Shown here: one piece after another, positions 49,276 through 59,029 of the stretch
Numbering within the stretch: position 1 is the first letter of the stretch
Layout of the letters: each line of letters begins with the position of its first letter
Assembly (NCBI GenBank): GCA_964291625.2
Contig: OZ220089.1
Coordinates: 1,696,001 to 1,760,000, forward strand
DNA: 64,000 nt
Direction of reading: 5' to 3'
Source: Candidatus Latescibacterota bacterium
GTDB taxonomy: Bacteria; Latescibacterota; UBA2968; UBA8231
Notes under the pieces: generated by a model
Seen by the model: the letters and a program-made list of their open reading frames with translations, nothing else
Database searches by the model: none
Told to the model about the DNA's origin: nothing
Made by a program: the position numbers and the translations under genes

Positions 49276-50790
49276 TCAGCGCAGGTACTTCAAGCTGAGC
49301 CAGTCCCGCAGGTGCCCGCGGTCCTCGCGGCTGATGACGCCGCTGACGGAACCGACGACGAGGAAGACCACGCCGTAGGCCACGACCGTCGCCGCCATGC
49401 GGGGGATCTCCTCGAGGGGCAGGACGCGCAGCAGGCGCAGGCCCCAGGTGGCGCCGGCGCTCACCAGGGCCACGGCCAGGACCCGGCCGTAGTAGCCGAA
49501 GGGCAGGACCCGGTGCGCCGGCAGCTGCATGTGGCGCGAGAGGATGGCGAGGATGTGGAAGAGGTTGAGGAAGCTGGCCAGGGCGGTGGCCGCCGCCGTG
49601 CCGACCGTCCCCCACCAGAGGGTGAAGGGGATGGTGAGGACGACGTTGCCGGCGAACCGGGAGAGGGCGACCCAGAGGACGGCGCGGGTGTCGCCGAAGG
49701 ACTGGAGGATGCTGGAGAACGAGGCGACCCGCAGGAGCAGCACCGTGGTGCAGATCTGGAAGGGCCGGATCGAGGCCTCGTAGTTCTCGCGGCCGAAGAC
49801 CAGGGGGATCGCCTCCGGGGCGATGGCGATGAGCAGCACCGTGACGGGCACCACGAAGAGAGACATCTTGCGGATGCCCTGGTACCACAGCTCCAGCAGC
49901 TCCCGCCGGCGGTCGTCCTTCACCAGCCGGACGTAGCGGGTGATGAGCACCGTGCCCACGGCGTAGGGGAGGACCGCCACCAGGGGGATCTCCTGGGAGG
50001 CGATGTTGTACTCCGCCAGGGCCGCGGGGGTGAGCATGGCGCCGACGACGAGCTTGTCCGCGTAGCGGTTCATGCGGTTCACGAGGAGGGAGCTGCCGAG
50101 GGGAATGGCGAAGCGGATCTGGTCCCTCAGCAGGCCGCGGTGGCGCTCCCCCGTGGACGCCGGCAGGACCAGCGAGACCCAGGTCACGGAGACGAGCAGC
50201 CGCACCGCGGCGTAGACGGCCAGACCGATCAGGGCGTAGCGCAGGGAGTAGCCGAGGGCCAGCGGGCCGATGAGGCCGGCGAAGGTGAGGACGCTGAAGA
50301 GGACCTCGTAGAGGGCGGCGTGGCGGTGCCGGCCCGAGGCGAGGAGCACGTTCATCGCCGGCCACGTGGGGATCTCCAGGACCGCCACGAGGGCGAGCCA
50401 GGGCAGGAAGCGCTGCAGGTCCTGGACGTTGCCGCCGGTCCACTCGCCGCTGACGAGATGGGGGACGGCGTGGGCGGAAAGCAGGAGGAGACCGCCGGCG
50501 CCGGCGGCGGTGGCCGCCAGGACGAGGAAGGTCTGCAGGCAGAAGGCGCGGCGGGCGGAGCCGGAGAGGCGCTCGAAGAAGTAGAAGACGCTGTCGGGGA
50601 AGCCCATCATCGCCAGGTAGCGCAGCACCTGGTAGAGGACCAGCAGGTAGCTGAGGACGGCGAAGTCGGTCTTGCTGAGGAGCCGGGCCGTGGCCACGGC
50701 GGTGGCGATGTCGACGAGGGTGCTGGTGATGCGCGCCGCCACGACCACGCCCACCTGTTGCGACAGGCGCCGCTCCGGGGCCTCGGTCAT
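49276..50790 (-). CDS. Oligosaccharide flippase (Wzx/MOP family)
   Basis: About 12-14 TM segments; RLLSKTDFA, ADKLVVG, G..GTAAAT. Confidence 0.8.
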   Translation of the reverse strand: MTEAPERRLSQQVGVVVAARITSTLVDIATAVATARLLSKTDFAVLSYLLVLYQVLRYLAMMGFPDSVFYFFERLSGSARRAFCLQTFLVLAATAAGAGGLLLLSAHAVPHLVSGEWTGGNVQDLQRFLPWLALVAVLEIPTWPAMNVLLASGRHRHAALYEVLFSVLTFAGLIGPLALGYSLRYALIGLAVYAAVRLLVSVTWVSLVLPASTGERHRGLLRDQIRFAIPLGSSLLVNRMNRYADKLVVGAMLTPAALAEYNIASQEIPLVAVLPYAVGTVLITRYVRLVKDDRRRELLELWYQGIRKMSLFVVPVTVLLIAIAPEAIPLVFGRENYEASIRPFQICTTVLLLRVASFSSILQSFGDTRAVLWVALSRFAGNVVLTIPFTLWWGTVGTAAATALASFLNLFHILAILSRHMQLPAHRVLPFGYYGRVLAVALVSAGATWGLRLLRVLPLEEIPRMAATVVAYGVVFLVVGSVSGVISREDRGHLRDWLSLKYLR

Positions 50791-52064
50791 CGGGCGATGG
50801 AGTCCAGGAGGTCGGCGAGCTGGCGGGTCGTGGCCCGGGCCTCGTAGGCGGCGATCCGCTCCCGGTCGCGGGCGCAGGGAATCGGCAGCGGGTCTCCCTG
50901 CTGTTTCGCGCCGGCGCAGCGGAGCAGCAGGTCGGCGAGTCCCGCGGCGTCGTCCACCGGCAGCTGCACGCCCGTCCCGGTCTCCTCCAGGATCCGCGCC
51001 ACCTCGGGGTTCGGCGACAGGGACAGGATCGGACGGCCGACCGCCAGGTATTCCAGCAGCTTGGCGGGGATGATCTCGTCGCGGTCCGGGTGGGTGCTCA
51101 GCAGGAGGACGTCGAAGCGCCGCAGCGCCGACAGGGCCTGCTCCAGGGGTACCGCCTCCTCGGCGTGGAAGCGGTCCGCCAGGCCGCGGGCCCCGGCGCG
51201 GGACCGGTCCTCGGCGTTGAGGGGCCCGAAGGAGTGGACGTGAACCGCCGCGGCGAGCTGCGGGTCCCGGCGTCCGGCCTCGGCGAGGGCCTCGATCACG
51301 GGGCCGGCCGGAGACATCTCCCGGAAGCGTCCGAAGAAGCCGATGCGCAGCCGGCCGCCCGGCCCCGCCGGCGGGGCTCCCCCCTCCAGCACCGGGTCGG
51401 CGAGGAGGGCCTCGTCGAAGCTGTTGGTGATCGTCGTCGTGCGCAGACCCAGTTCCGCGAAGCGCTCCCGGTAGCGGCGCTCGGTCTCGGTGGCCTGGAA
51501 GAGGACGGCATCCGCCCCCCGCAGGACGCGGCCCTCGAAGCGCCGGTCCAGGGCCCGCACGATCGGCCCTCGGCCCTGTGAGCGCACCCGGCAGATCGTC
51601 CAGGGATCGCGGAAGTCGGCGATCCAGGGGATGCCCAGGCGCCGGCAGAGCATCTCGGTGATCACCAGGCCCGACCACGGGTCGCCCGTGCTCCACACGG
51701 CGTCGGGGTTGATGCGCCGCACCTCCCGGAGGATCCGCCGGTACGACCACAGGAAGAAGGGCAGCCAGCCGTCCACCGGGAGGCGCAGCCGCAGCAGTCC
51801 CCGCGCCGCCGGCCGCCGGCCCGGCCCCTCCCCCAGCTGGCTCTCCGAGCCTCCCGTGAGATCGAAGGGCGGGCTCAGTTCGACGACGGGGATCCCCTTC
51901 AGGAGCCCCGCCTCGCGCGGCGTCAGGGACCCGCGGGAGGCGATGGTCATGACCACCGGGTCCCAGCCGAACTCGCGCAGGTGAATGGCGAACCGCAGCG
52001 GCCGCATGGCGCCGACGCGCCGGCGGGGCAGGAAGTAGGGTGCGACGAGAAGGACGGTCGGCAT
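50787..52064 (-). CDS. GT4-family glycosyltransferase
   Basis: YF.P...VGAMR, ADFRDPW, ITNSFD, PAKLLEYLA.GRPIL. Confidence 0.85.
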   Translation of the reverse strand: MPTVLLVAPYFLPRRRVGAMRPLRFAIHLREFGWDPVVMTIASRGSLTPREAGLLKGIPVVELSPPFDLTGGSESQLGEGPGRRPAARGLLRLRLPVDGWLPFFLWSYRRILREVRRINPDAVWSTGDPWSGLVITEMLCRRLGIPWIADFRDPWTICRVRSQGRGPIVRALDRRFEGRVLRGADAVLFQATETERRYRERFAELGLRTTTITNSFDEALLADPVLEGGAPPAGPGGRLRIGFFGRFREMSPAGPVIEALAEAGRRDPQLAAAVHVHSFGPLNAEDRSRAGARGLADRFHAEEAVPLEQALSALRRFDVLLLSTHPDRDEIIPAKLLEYLAVGRPILSLSPNPEVARILEETGTGVQLPVDDAAGLADLLLRCAGAKQQGDPLPIPCARDRERIAAYEARATTRQLADLLDSIAR

Positions 52065-52267
52065 GCTCGCTCGCGGATTCTCCGGGCGCCGGCTCGGGCC
52101 ATGGGCCGGTTGCCCGGGGTCATGGAACGATACCGCCCCGCGGCGCGGCCGGCGACCGGCGGCAGGGCTATCGACCGAGCCGCCAGGACCGGACGTCGAC
52201 GGCGGCGGCGCGGTATCCCGGCGATCGTCGCCCAGGCTTCGCCGCCAGGATCTGCGGCGGCGGCGGC

Positions 52268-52483
52268 CCGGGTCTCGAGAGCGCCGCACAGGCCTCCCCC
52301 GAGGCGCCACCCGGAGCCTCGGCCGCGACAGGGCACGGGGGCTCGCGATCGTCGCTTGGCCATCGTCTGAAGCCGCCGCCGGGAGGCGCACGGCGGCAGG
52401 GACGCGGCGGCAGGGACCCGGGATCCCGCGCGCCGGGACCCGCGGCCGGGGGACTCCGGGTCTCGCGAGCACCGCACAGGCCT
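52268..52483 (+). repeat. Intergenic 28-bp direct repeat pair
   Basis: CCGGGTCTCGAGAGCGCCGCACAGGCCT (52268-52295) and CCGGGTCTCGCGAGCACCGCACAGGCCT (52456-52483); 2 mismatches. Confidence 0.7.
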
Positions 52484-52648
52484 TTCCCGACCGCCCGGAG
52501 CCGTGCGGCCGCCGGAGGACCGGGACCCTGCGCCGGGACGGGTTGGTTGACCGGTACTCCGTCCCCCGGGTAACGTAGGCCGCCTCGACCCCCTTCCACC
52601 GGCGGCCTGACCCGCCGGGAGAAGCCCACCGCAGCCCAGGATGATCCC

Positions 52649-54286
52649 ATGACCTCGCCCACCGCCGACTGGTCCGCCTTTCCCCAGGGGTACAGCCTGC
52701 TGCTGAACGAGAAGGCCCAGTTCCCACAGGACCTCCAGTCCTGGCGCACCCGGATCGACGGCTCCCATCAGCTCTTCGCCGACACCTTCTGGATCGCCCG
52801 CGGCACCAACCTCGAGCGGCGCCTGCACGAGGTGCGCAAGCATCCGGCCAACCCGCTCGTGGAGGACCTCTGGGCCTGCTGGGTGCACCCCGAGCCGGAG
52901 GGCGGCTACCGCCTCTTCGCCAACGGCTGGCGGGGCCGGCTCGCCGGGGCGCCGGAGCCCGCCGAGGCCCGCGAGCGGATCGTGTGGACGGCCCGCTCCG
53001 ACGACGGCCTCGGCTGGCGGTTCGACCCCGATCCGGTCCAGGCCCGCGACCATGCGTCCGCCCCCTGGCGGCCCATGCAGGGCCAGCTCCACGGGTTGCT
53101 CTTCGAGCCCTGGGAGTCCGATCCCGAGCGCCGCTGGAAGATGATCATCCTCGACCGCGCCAGGCCCCGCCAGCCGCCGGGAGAGACGCCGTTCACCGGG
53201 CCCACCGTCTCCATCTCTCTCTACACCTCGCCGGACGGACTGCGCTGGACCTGGCGGGCCGACACGTCCCTGTTGCGCAAGGGCACCTCGGGCCTCCGCC
53301 ACACCGGCCCCGAGGACCCCTTCCCCGAGGGCCTCGGCGACGTGCTGCAGGTGCGCTGGGACCCGGTCCTCGAGAAGTACGTGGCCCACACCAAGCACAC
53401 GGTCGGTCCGGACCCGCGCTTCCCCTTCTTCCTCCACGACCGGGACGGGGGCTCGACGGGCCGCTACGAGGCACGCGTCGCCGGCTGGGCCGAGAGCGAC
53501 GACCTGGTCCACTGGAGCGCCCCCCGGATCTACGCCTACCCCGACGCCGAGGACGCGCGCATGCCGGGGATGTACGGGATCTACGAGGCCGACGGGTTCC
53601 CCTACGAGGATATGTGGCTCGGCTGTCTCTCCATGACCGCCAACATCCCGGACCCGTCCTGCGAGGCGACACCGAGGCACGCCGGCGGCTTCAAGCGCAA
53701 CTGGATCCGGCTGGCCGGCAGCCGCGACGGGAGGCACTGGTACTACCTGGGCGACCGCCGGCCCCTGATCCCCGTCGGCCCCGACGACGGCTGGGACGCC
53801 CACTACCTGCGCATGGCCCAGAGAACGACCGTCGCCGGCCCGGTGATCGCGCAGGACGAGGTGCGGCTCTACTACCACGGGCACTACGGCGGCGTCCCCG
53901 GCTGCAAGGGGCTGACCCTGCCCAAGGACACCTGGCAGTCCGCCCTGGGGCTCGGGGTCGTGGACCGCGACCGCTTCGTCTCCCTCGAGGCCGGCGAAGA
54001 GCCCGGCGAGGTGATCACCCGGCCCCTGGTCTTCAGCGGCGCCGGAACCCTGTGCGTCAACGCCCGCGCCGACCGGGGCGGGTCGGTGCGAGCCGCGGTC
54101 CTTGAGGAGGACGGCACGCCGATCGCCGGTCTCGGCTTCGCCGACTGCGCTCCCCTGGACGGCGACAGCCTGCGGGCGCCCGTGTCGTGGTCGGGCGGCG
54201 ATTCCCTGGGGCCCCTGAAGGACCGCTACGTGCGCCTCGCCTTCCGCCTCGAGCGCGCCGGGATCTACTCCTTCTGGATCGAGTGA
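52649..54286 (+). CDS. Hypothetical beta-propeller glycoside-hydrolase-like protein with a C-terminal beta-sandwich
   Basis: Repeated S.DGL.W / SRDG.HW blades, KHPANPL, DRFVSL, C-terminal IYSFW. Confidence 0.6.
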   Translation: MTSPTADWSAFPQGYSLLLNEKAQFPQDLQSWRTRIDGSHQLFADTFWIARGTNLERRLHEVRKHPANPLVEDLWACWVHPEPEGGYRLFANGWRGRLAGAPEPAEARERIVWTARSDDGLGWRFDPDPVQARDHASAPWRPMQGQLHGLLFEPWESDPERRWKMIILDRARPRQPPGETPFTGPTVSISLYTSPDGLRWTWRADTSLLRKGTSGLRHTGPEDPFPEGLGDVLQVRWDPVLEKYVAHTKHTVGPDPRFPFFLHDRDGGSTGRYEARVAGWAESDDLVHWSAPRIYAYPDAEDARMPGMYGIYEADGFPYEDMWLGCLSMTANIPDPSCEATPRHAGGFKRNWIRLAGSRDGRHWYYLGDRRPLIPVGPDDGWDAHYLRMAQRTTVAGPVIAQDEVRLYYHGHYGGVPGCKGLTLPKDTWQSALGLGVVDRDRFVSLEAGEEPGEVITRPLVFSGAGTLCVNARADRGGSVRAAVLEEDGTPIAGLGFADCAPLDGDSLRAPVSWSGGDSLGPLKDRYVRLAFRLERAGIYSFWIE

Positions 54287-54396
54287 GGTGACCCGCGCCG
54301 GAGGCCCCGCCCTTGGGTGGCGCCGATGCAGGCCCCTATGATTCCGGGCTCCGTAGCCGGCCTTCGCCGGCCACCCTGCTGACCAAGGAGAGCCCC

Positions 54397-56495
54397 ATGG
54401 CGGACGGCACCTTCGTCGATCTGCGCACCCACTGGCTCGGCCGCATCGGGACCGCGGCCGTCCACTTCGCCCGCCACCAGGGCGGCGTCCTGCACGTGGC
54501 CCGGGACACCGGGGAAGTCCCCGAGCCCCCGGCGCCGGGGGAGGCGCCCGCCCACCTCGTGCGCCTGGGGACGCGCCTGCGCCTGCGGTCCCGCTCCGGC
54601 GGCGGCACCCGCCTCGTGCGCCAGGAGAACGACCCGGCGCCGAAGTTCCACTTCCTCGAGGAGGGGCCGGTGCGCCTCGGCATGCGGGTCGCCTTCGACC
54701 TGCTCGACGAGGACGGACGCTACCACGGCGACGGCCGCCAGGACGTGTGGATCTACCCCGAGGGCGACCTCCACGTGACTTGGGCCCTGCAGACCGTCGA
54801 TCCGGTGGGCCACGGCCCCGTGGAGGCGGTCTGGGCCGAGGTCGACGGCGACGCCGGGTATCGCCGGGTGAGCCTGGGGGACGCCGACTTGAGCGAGTCC
54901 GGGACGAGCGCGCGCCGGGCCTTCGGAGAGGAGCTGGCCTCCCGCCGGATCCTGCTCTCGGGCGCGGGACGGCCCCCGCTGGGCCTCTACTGGCAGCGCG
55001 ACGAGGGAGAGGCCCTGACCATGGGCTACGACCACGGGGTCGTGCCGCCCTTCTACGCCTCGCGCTGGCCCACGGGGATGCAGCAGTGGGCCCGGGGCAA
55101 CCTCGGCTGGAAGCGCTCCCCGTCGGCGGCGGTGGACGCGAGCCTCTGCGGCGAGGGGCCGCGGGTGCGGCTCTGCTGGCTCGAGGACGGCGCCGAGCCG
55201 GACATCACCCACGCCGCCACCCTGGTCCTCTCCGTGGCCGCGGACGAGGCGGACCTGGAGCGCCGCATCGCCGCCGTGCAGGAGCCGCTGACCCCCGAGG
55301 TCCACGGCGGCGGCTTCCGCAGCTACACCCCCGAGGACGGCACCTACGAGATCGGCCAGGGAGACCCGGCCTCAACGCGGATCACCTTCCCCCCGACGAG
55401 CACGAGCGCACCGTGCGCCTGCGCCACTACCGGCGCAAGACCGACCCGCGCCACCGCGGCGGCGTGGTGGCCACCGTCGACGGGCAGGTCACGCGGGCGC
55501 AGCTGATGTCGGAGGGGGAGCTCACCGACGACATCTGCGTGGTCATGGAGATGAGCCACCGCAACGACTCGGTGGACGACGTCATCGTCAGCGCCGTCCT
55601 CAAGGCGGACGGGCCGACGACGATCGGGATCGACAAGGTCCCGGGCATCCAGGCGACCTACCAGAGCGAGATCGCCGGCCTCGACCTGCAGCGCCGCGCC
55701 GGCAACCGCCGCGACGTGGCCGTCTGGAGCAGCCGCAACAAGGAGCGCCCCGAGCTGGAGCTCGACCTCTTCAGCGGCGCCGTGCACCGCTGGACCAACC
55801 ACGGGCAGACCGACCCGGTCCTGTGGGAGATGCCCATGGCCTGGTTCCTCTCGTGCGGCATCTCCCGCCACCACTACTGCAACACCAACGACACCTTCGA
55901 GGTGCTGGAGAACGGAGCGGAGCGGGTGCGGCTCCATTTCAGCGGCACCAACCCCAACCGAAGGGCGCGCTCCAGGACCTGGCTGACGATCCCCGGCGGC
56001 CACCCGCGGCCACGGATCGAGGTGCGCATGCGCATGGAGGTGGAGGAGCAGTGGGAGGGCGCCAACGTCGAGTTCTCCGACATCTTCCCCTACCCCTCGC
56101 GGCTGGTGGAGACCTGGCTCCACGACGCCGTGCTGTTCATGACCCGGGGCGGCTCGACCCTGATCTACAACCTGCGCCCGGACTGCAGCGCCCACAGCCC
56201 CGCCAAGGGCGACCCGGGACCGCACCTGTTCTACGGGCTCTTCGCCGCCGACCACGGCAACGTCCTGGCCTTCTTCGAGAACCCCCAACACCCGCAGATC
56301 CCCCTTCACTACTCCGTGTGCGGCAACTACATCGACGTGCACGTCAACCTCCACCCCGAGCGGGACCCGGTGCCGGCCGGCACGGTCTTCGAGGTGAGCT
56401 ACGCGGCCGAGCTCTACGGCGACGGCGGCACGAGCGCCGACGAGGTTCGCGCCATCGGCGAGCGCAGCCTCGAAGCCGGGACCCTGGTGATCTGA
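54397..56495 (+). CDS. Hypothetical protein, frameshifted at the C6 run 55389-55394
   Basis: AAGGAG RBS; MADGTFVDL...STRITFPP continues as DEHERTVRLRHY...GTLVI in another frame; one extra C restores a single ~700-aa ORF. Confidence 0.65.
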
Positions 56496-56503
56496 AGGAA
56501 GAG

Positions 56504-59026
56504 ATGACGATGGAACCGATTCGACTGACGGTGACGGCCCGCGACGGCCAGGAGCGCTCGAGCTGGCCGCTGACCCGCGGCGTGACCCTCCCCGAGGGGG
56601 CCGTTGGCGATGCCGGCGAGCTGACGCTGGCCGGACCGGATGGCGCGGTCCCGGTACAGCTCCGGCCCCTGGCGCGCTGGCCGGACGGCTCCCTCAAGTG
56701 GGTGCTGGCCGACTTCCAGGCCCGCGTCGAGGGCGGCGGGACCCCCGTCTACCACCTGCGGGCCGGTGAGCCCGCCGCGGTCTCCCCGGAAGAGGCGGTC
56801 GAGGTGACAGAGACGGAGGAGGCCGTGGTCGTGTGCACCGGACCGCTGCGCTTCTCCCTCTCCCGGCTGCGCCCCGGGCTCTTCGAGGAGGTCGCGACCG
56901 GCCGCCGCGTCGACGGCGTCTTCCAGCCGGAGGCCGACCTGTCCGGGGACGGCGGCGAGCTGTGGGCCCGAATCCGCGAGGGCGAGTTCCTCGGCGGCAC
57001 CCGCCGCCGGATCTACGGCATGGGCGGCGAGTGCCTGGCCAGCCTGGCGCCGGAGGAGTGGTCGGTGGAGGTGGAGGAGGCCGGCCCCCTGCGTACGGTC
57101 GTCACCTGCCGGGGCGCCCTGGAGCAGCGGGCGCCGATGCACCACTACACCGGCTACCGGCCCCTGCGCTTCGTGGTGCGCATCCACGCCTTCGCCGGCC
57201 AACCCTTCCTGCGCCTCCAGCACACCGTGGTCTTCACCCTCAACCCGCGGGAGACGCAGGTCGCCGAGATCGGCCTACGCCTGCCCCTGCCCGATGGCGG
57301 CGAGGGGGTCCTCTGCCGCTCGGCGGCGGAGCCCCACCGCGCCGTGGGCCTGCCCGCCGGCGGCGAGCTGCTCCTGGCCCAGCAGGAGGACGCCCACTTC
57401 CGCCAGATCGAGACCGGCGGCGAAGGGCGGGTCAGCGAGGGGGAGCGCACCGAGGGCTGGCTCACGGCGGAGAGCGGAGCCGGCGGCCTGGGCCTGGCCA
57501 TGCGCCACATGGCCGAGCAGCATCCCACGGCGCTGCGGGTCTCCGGCGGCGGCCTCGCCGCCATGCCCTGGCACCACCCCGAGGGCCGGCTCCTGAGCCT
57601 GGAGCGCTACTCGGAGGAGGTCGCCTGGCACGAGGGCGAGGGGGTCTACTCCGACGGCACGGGCGCGGCCCGGACCAGCGAGATCTTCGCCGCCTGGTTC
57701 GCCTCAGGCGACTCGGAGAGCGCCGTCGACAACCTGCGGGGCCTGCTGAATCCGCCCCACGCGGCGGTCGACCCCGGGCACCTGGCGCGGTGCCGGGCCA
57801 CCGGCGGGTTCGCCCCGGCCGGCGGCGCCTTCCCGCGCTCGGACCGCATGCTCGCCGGCTTCATGGAGTGGATGCAGCGGCAGATCGAGATCGGCCGCTG
57901 GTACGGCTTCTTCGACTACGGCGACGCCCTCGTGGCCTGGGACGAGGCCGATGACGACTGGCGCTTCACCGGCCGCTGGGGCTGGTGCAACAGCGAGTGG
58001 GACCCGCGCCACGGCGTCTGGATCGAGTACCTCCGGACCGGCGACCCCGGTTGGTTCGACCTCGGCGAGGCGATGACCCGCCACTCCACCGACGTCGACA
58101 CCTGCCACTGGCACCCCTTCCGCCCCTACTTCGTGGGCGGCTGCTACCGCCACAGCACCGACCACTTCGGCGACGAGCCCTGCGCCTCCCACACCTTCAT
58201 CGACAACTGGGTCGACCACTACTACCTCACCGGCGACCTGCGCACCCTGGAGGTCCTGCGCGAGGCCGGGGGCTTCCTGCACCGCTTCCACTGGACCGAG
58301 GACGCCCAGTACAGCTTCAGCCTGCGCGGCATCGGCAACGCCTTCCGCGGCCTCCTCTACCTCTACGAGGTGACTGGGGAGGAGTCCTTCCTGCGGCGGG
58401 CCGAGGAGGTCTGGGAGGTCATCGCCCGGGGGCAGAACGACGACGGCAGCTGGCACAAGCGCTTCCAGGTGTCGACGCCGGACCGGCTGGCCCTGCAGAA
58501 CCCCTACGGCATGGCCTCCGAGGGCACGACCCTGGCCGTGGAGCTGGGGGCGCCCCCCTTCAGCGACGAGGAGCACCTGGAGCTGCGGGGGCGGGACCGG
58601 CCGATCGTGCGGGTCATGCCCTACGAGGAGCAGAAGGGCTACCAGACCCACTACCTGCTCATCGGCGTCGAGCTGCTGCACCGGCTCACCGGGAGGGAGG
58701 ACGTAGGCGCCGCCTACGTGCGGGCCGTGGACTGGTTCTGCGGGGGGCCGGGGTCCACGGAGCCGGAGTTCGCCCTGTCGCAGCACTACTACGGGATCGT
58801 CTGCCGGCACCTGGCCTACGCCTGGCGCCTCACGGGGCACCGGCCCTACCTGGAGATCGGTCGGGCCGTCCTCGAGCGGCTCATGCGGATGCAGGACTGG
58901 AGCGACGACCCCAAGAGGCGGGGCTCCGTGGGCATGAGCCCCATGGGGCTCAGCCTGCTGTTCTTCGGGGTGCCGTACCTGCTGGAGGCGCTGGCCGAGT
59001 CGGGGATGGAGGAGCCGGGGGGCTGA
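56504..59026 (+). CDS. Exo-rhamnogalacturonan lyase-like (PcRglX/YetA-type) protein
   Basis: N-terminal PLTRGV.LP.G...Q..PLARWPDGSLKW; YGFFDYGD, W.NSE, YLRTGD...F...EAM.RH..DVD..H, RH...H.G. Confidence 0.65.
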   Translation: MTMEPIRLTVTARDGQERSSWPLTRGVTLPEGAVGDAGELTLAGPDGAVPVQLRPLARWPDGSLKWVLADFQARVEGGGTPVYHLRAGEPAAVSPEEAVEVTETEEAVVVCTGPLRFSLSRLRPGLFEEVATGRRVDGVFQPEADLSGDGGELWARIREGEFLGGTRRRIYGMGGECLASLAPEEWSVEVEEAGPLRTVVTCRGALEQRAPMHHYTGYRPLRFVVRIHAFAGQPFLRLQHTVVFTLNPRETQVAEIGLRLPLPDGGEGVLCRSAAEPHRAVGLPAGGELLLAQQEDAHFRQIETGGEGRVSEGERTEGWLTAESGAGGLGLAMRHMAEQHPTALRVSGGGLAAMPWHHPEGRLLSLERYSEEVAWHEGEGVYSDGTGAARTSEIFAAWFASGDSESAVDNLRGLLNPPHAAVDPGHLARCRATGGFAPAGGAFPRSDRMLAGFMEWMQRQIEIGRWYGFFDYGDALVAWDEADDDWRFTGRWGWCNSEWDPRHGVWIEYLRTGDPGWFDLGEAMTRHSTDVDTCHWHPFRPYFVGGCYRHSTDHFGDEPCASHTFIDNWVDHYYLTGDLRTLEVLREAGGFLHRFHWTEDAQYSFSLRGIGNAFRGLLYLYEVTGEESFLRRAEEVWEVIARGQNDDGSWHKRFQVSTPDRLALQNPYGMASEGTTLAVELGAPPFSDEEHLELRGRDRPIVRVMPYEEQKGYQTHYLLIGVELLHRLTGREDVGAAYVRAVDWFCGGPGSTEPEFALSQHYYGIVCRHLAYAWRLTGHRPYLEIGRAVLERLMRMQDWSDDPKRRGSVGMSPMGLSLLFFGVPYLLEALAESGMEEPGG

Positions 59027-59029
59027 GCC

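Noticed and set aside
52268-52483. CRISPR array
   Set aside because: Only two copies, separated by 160 nt, and no cas genes.
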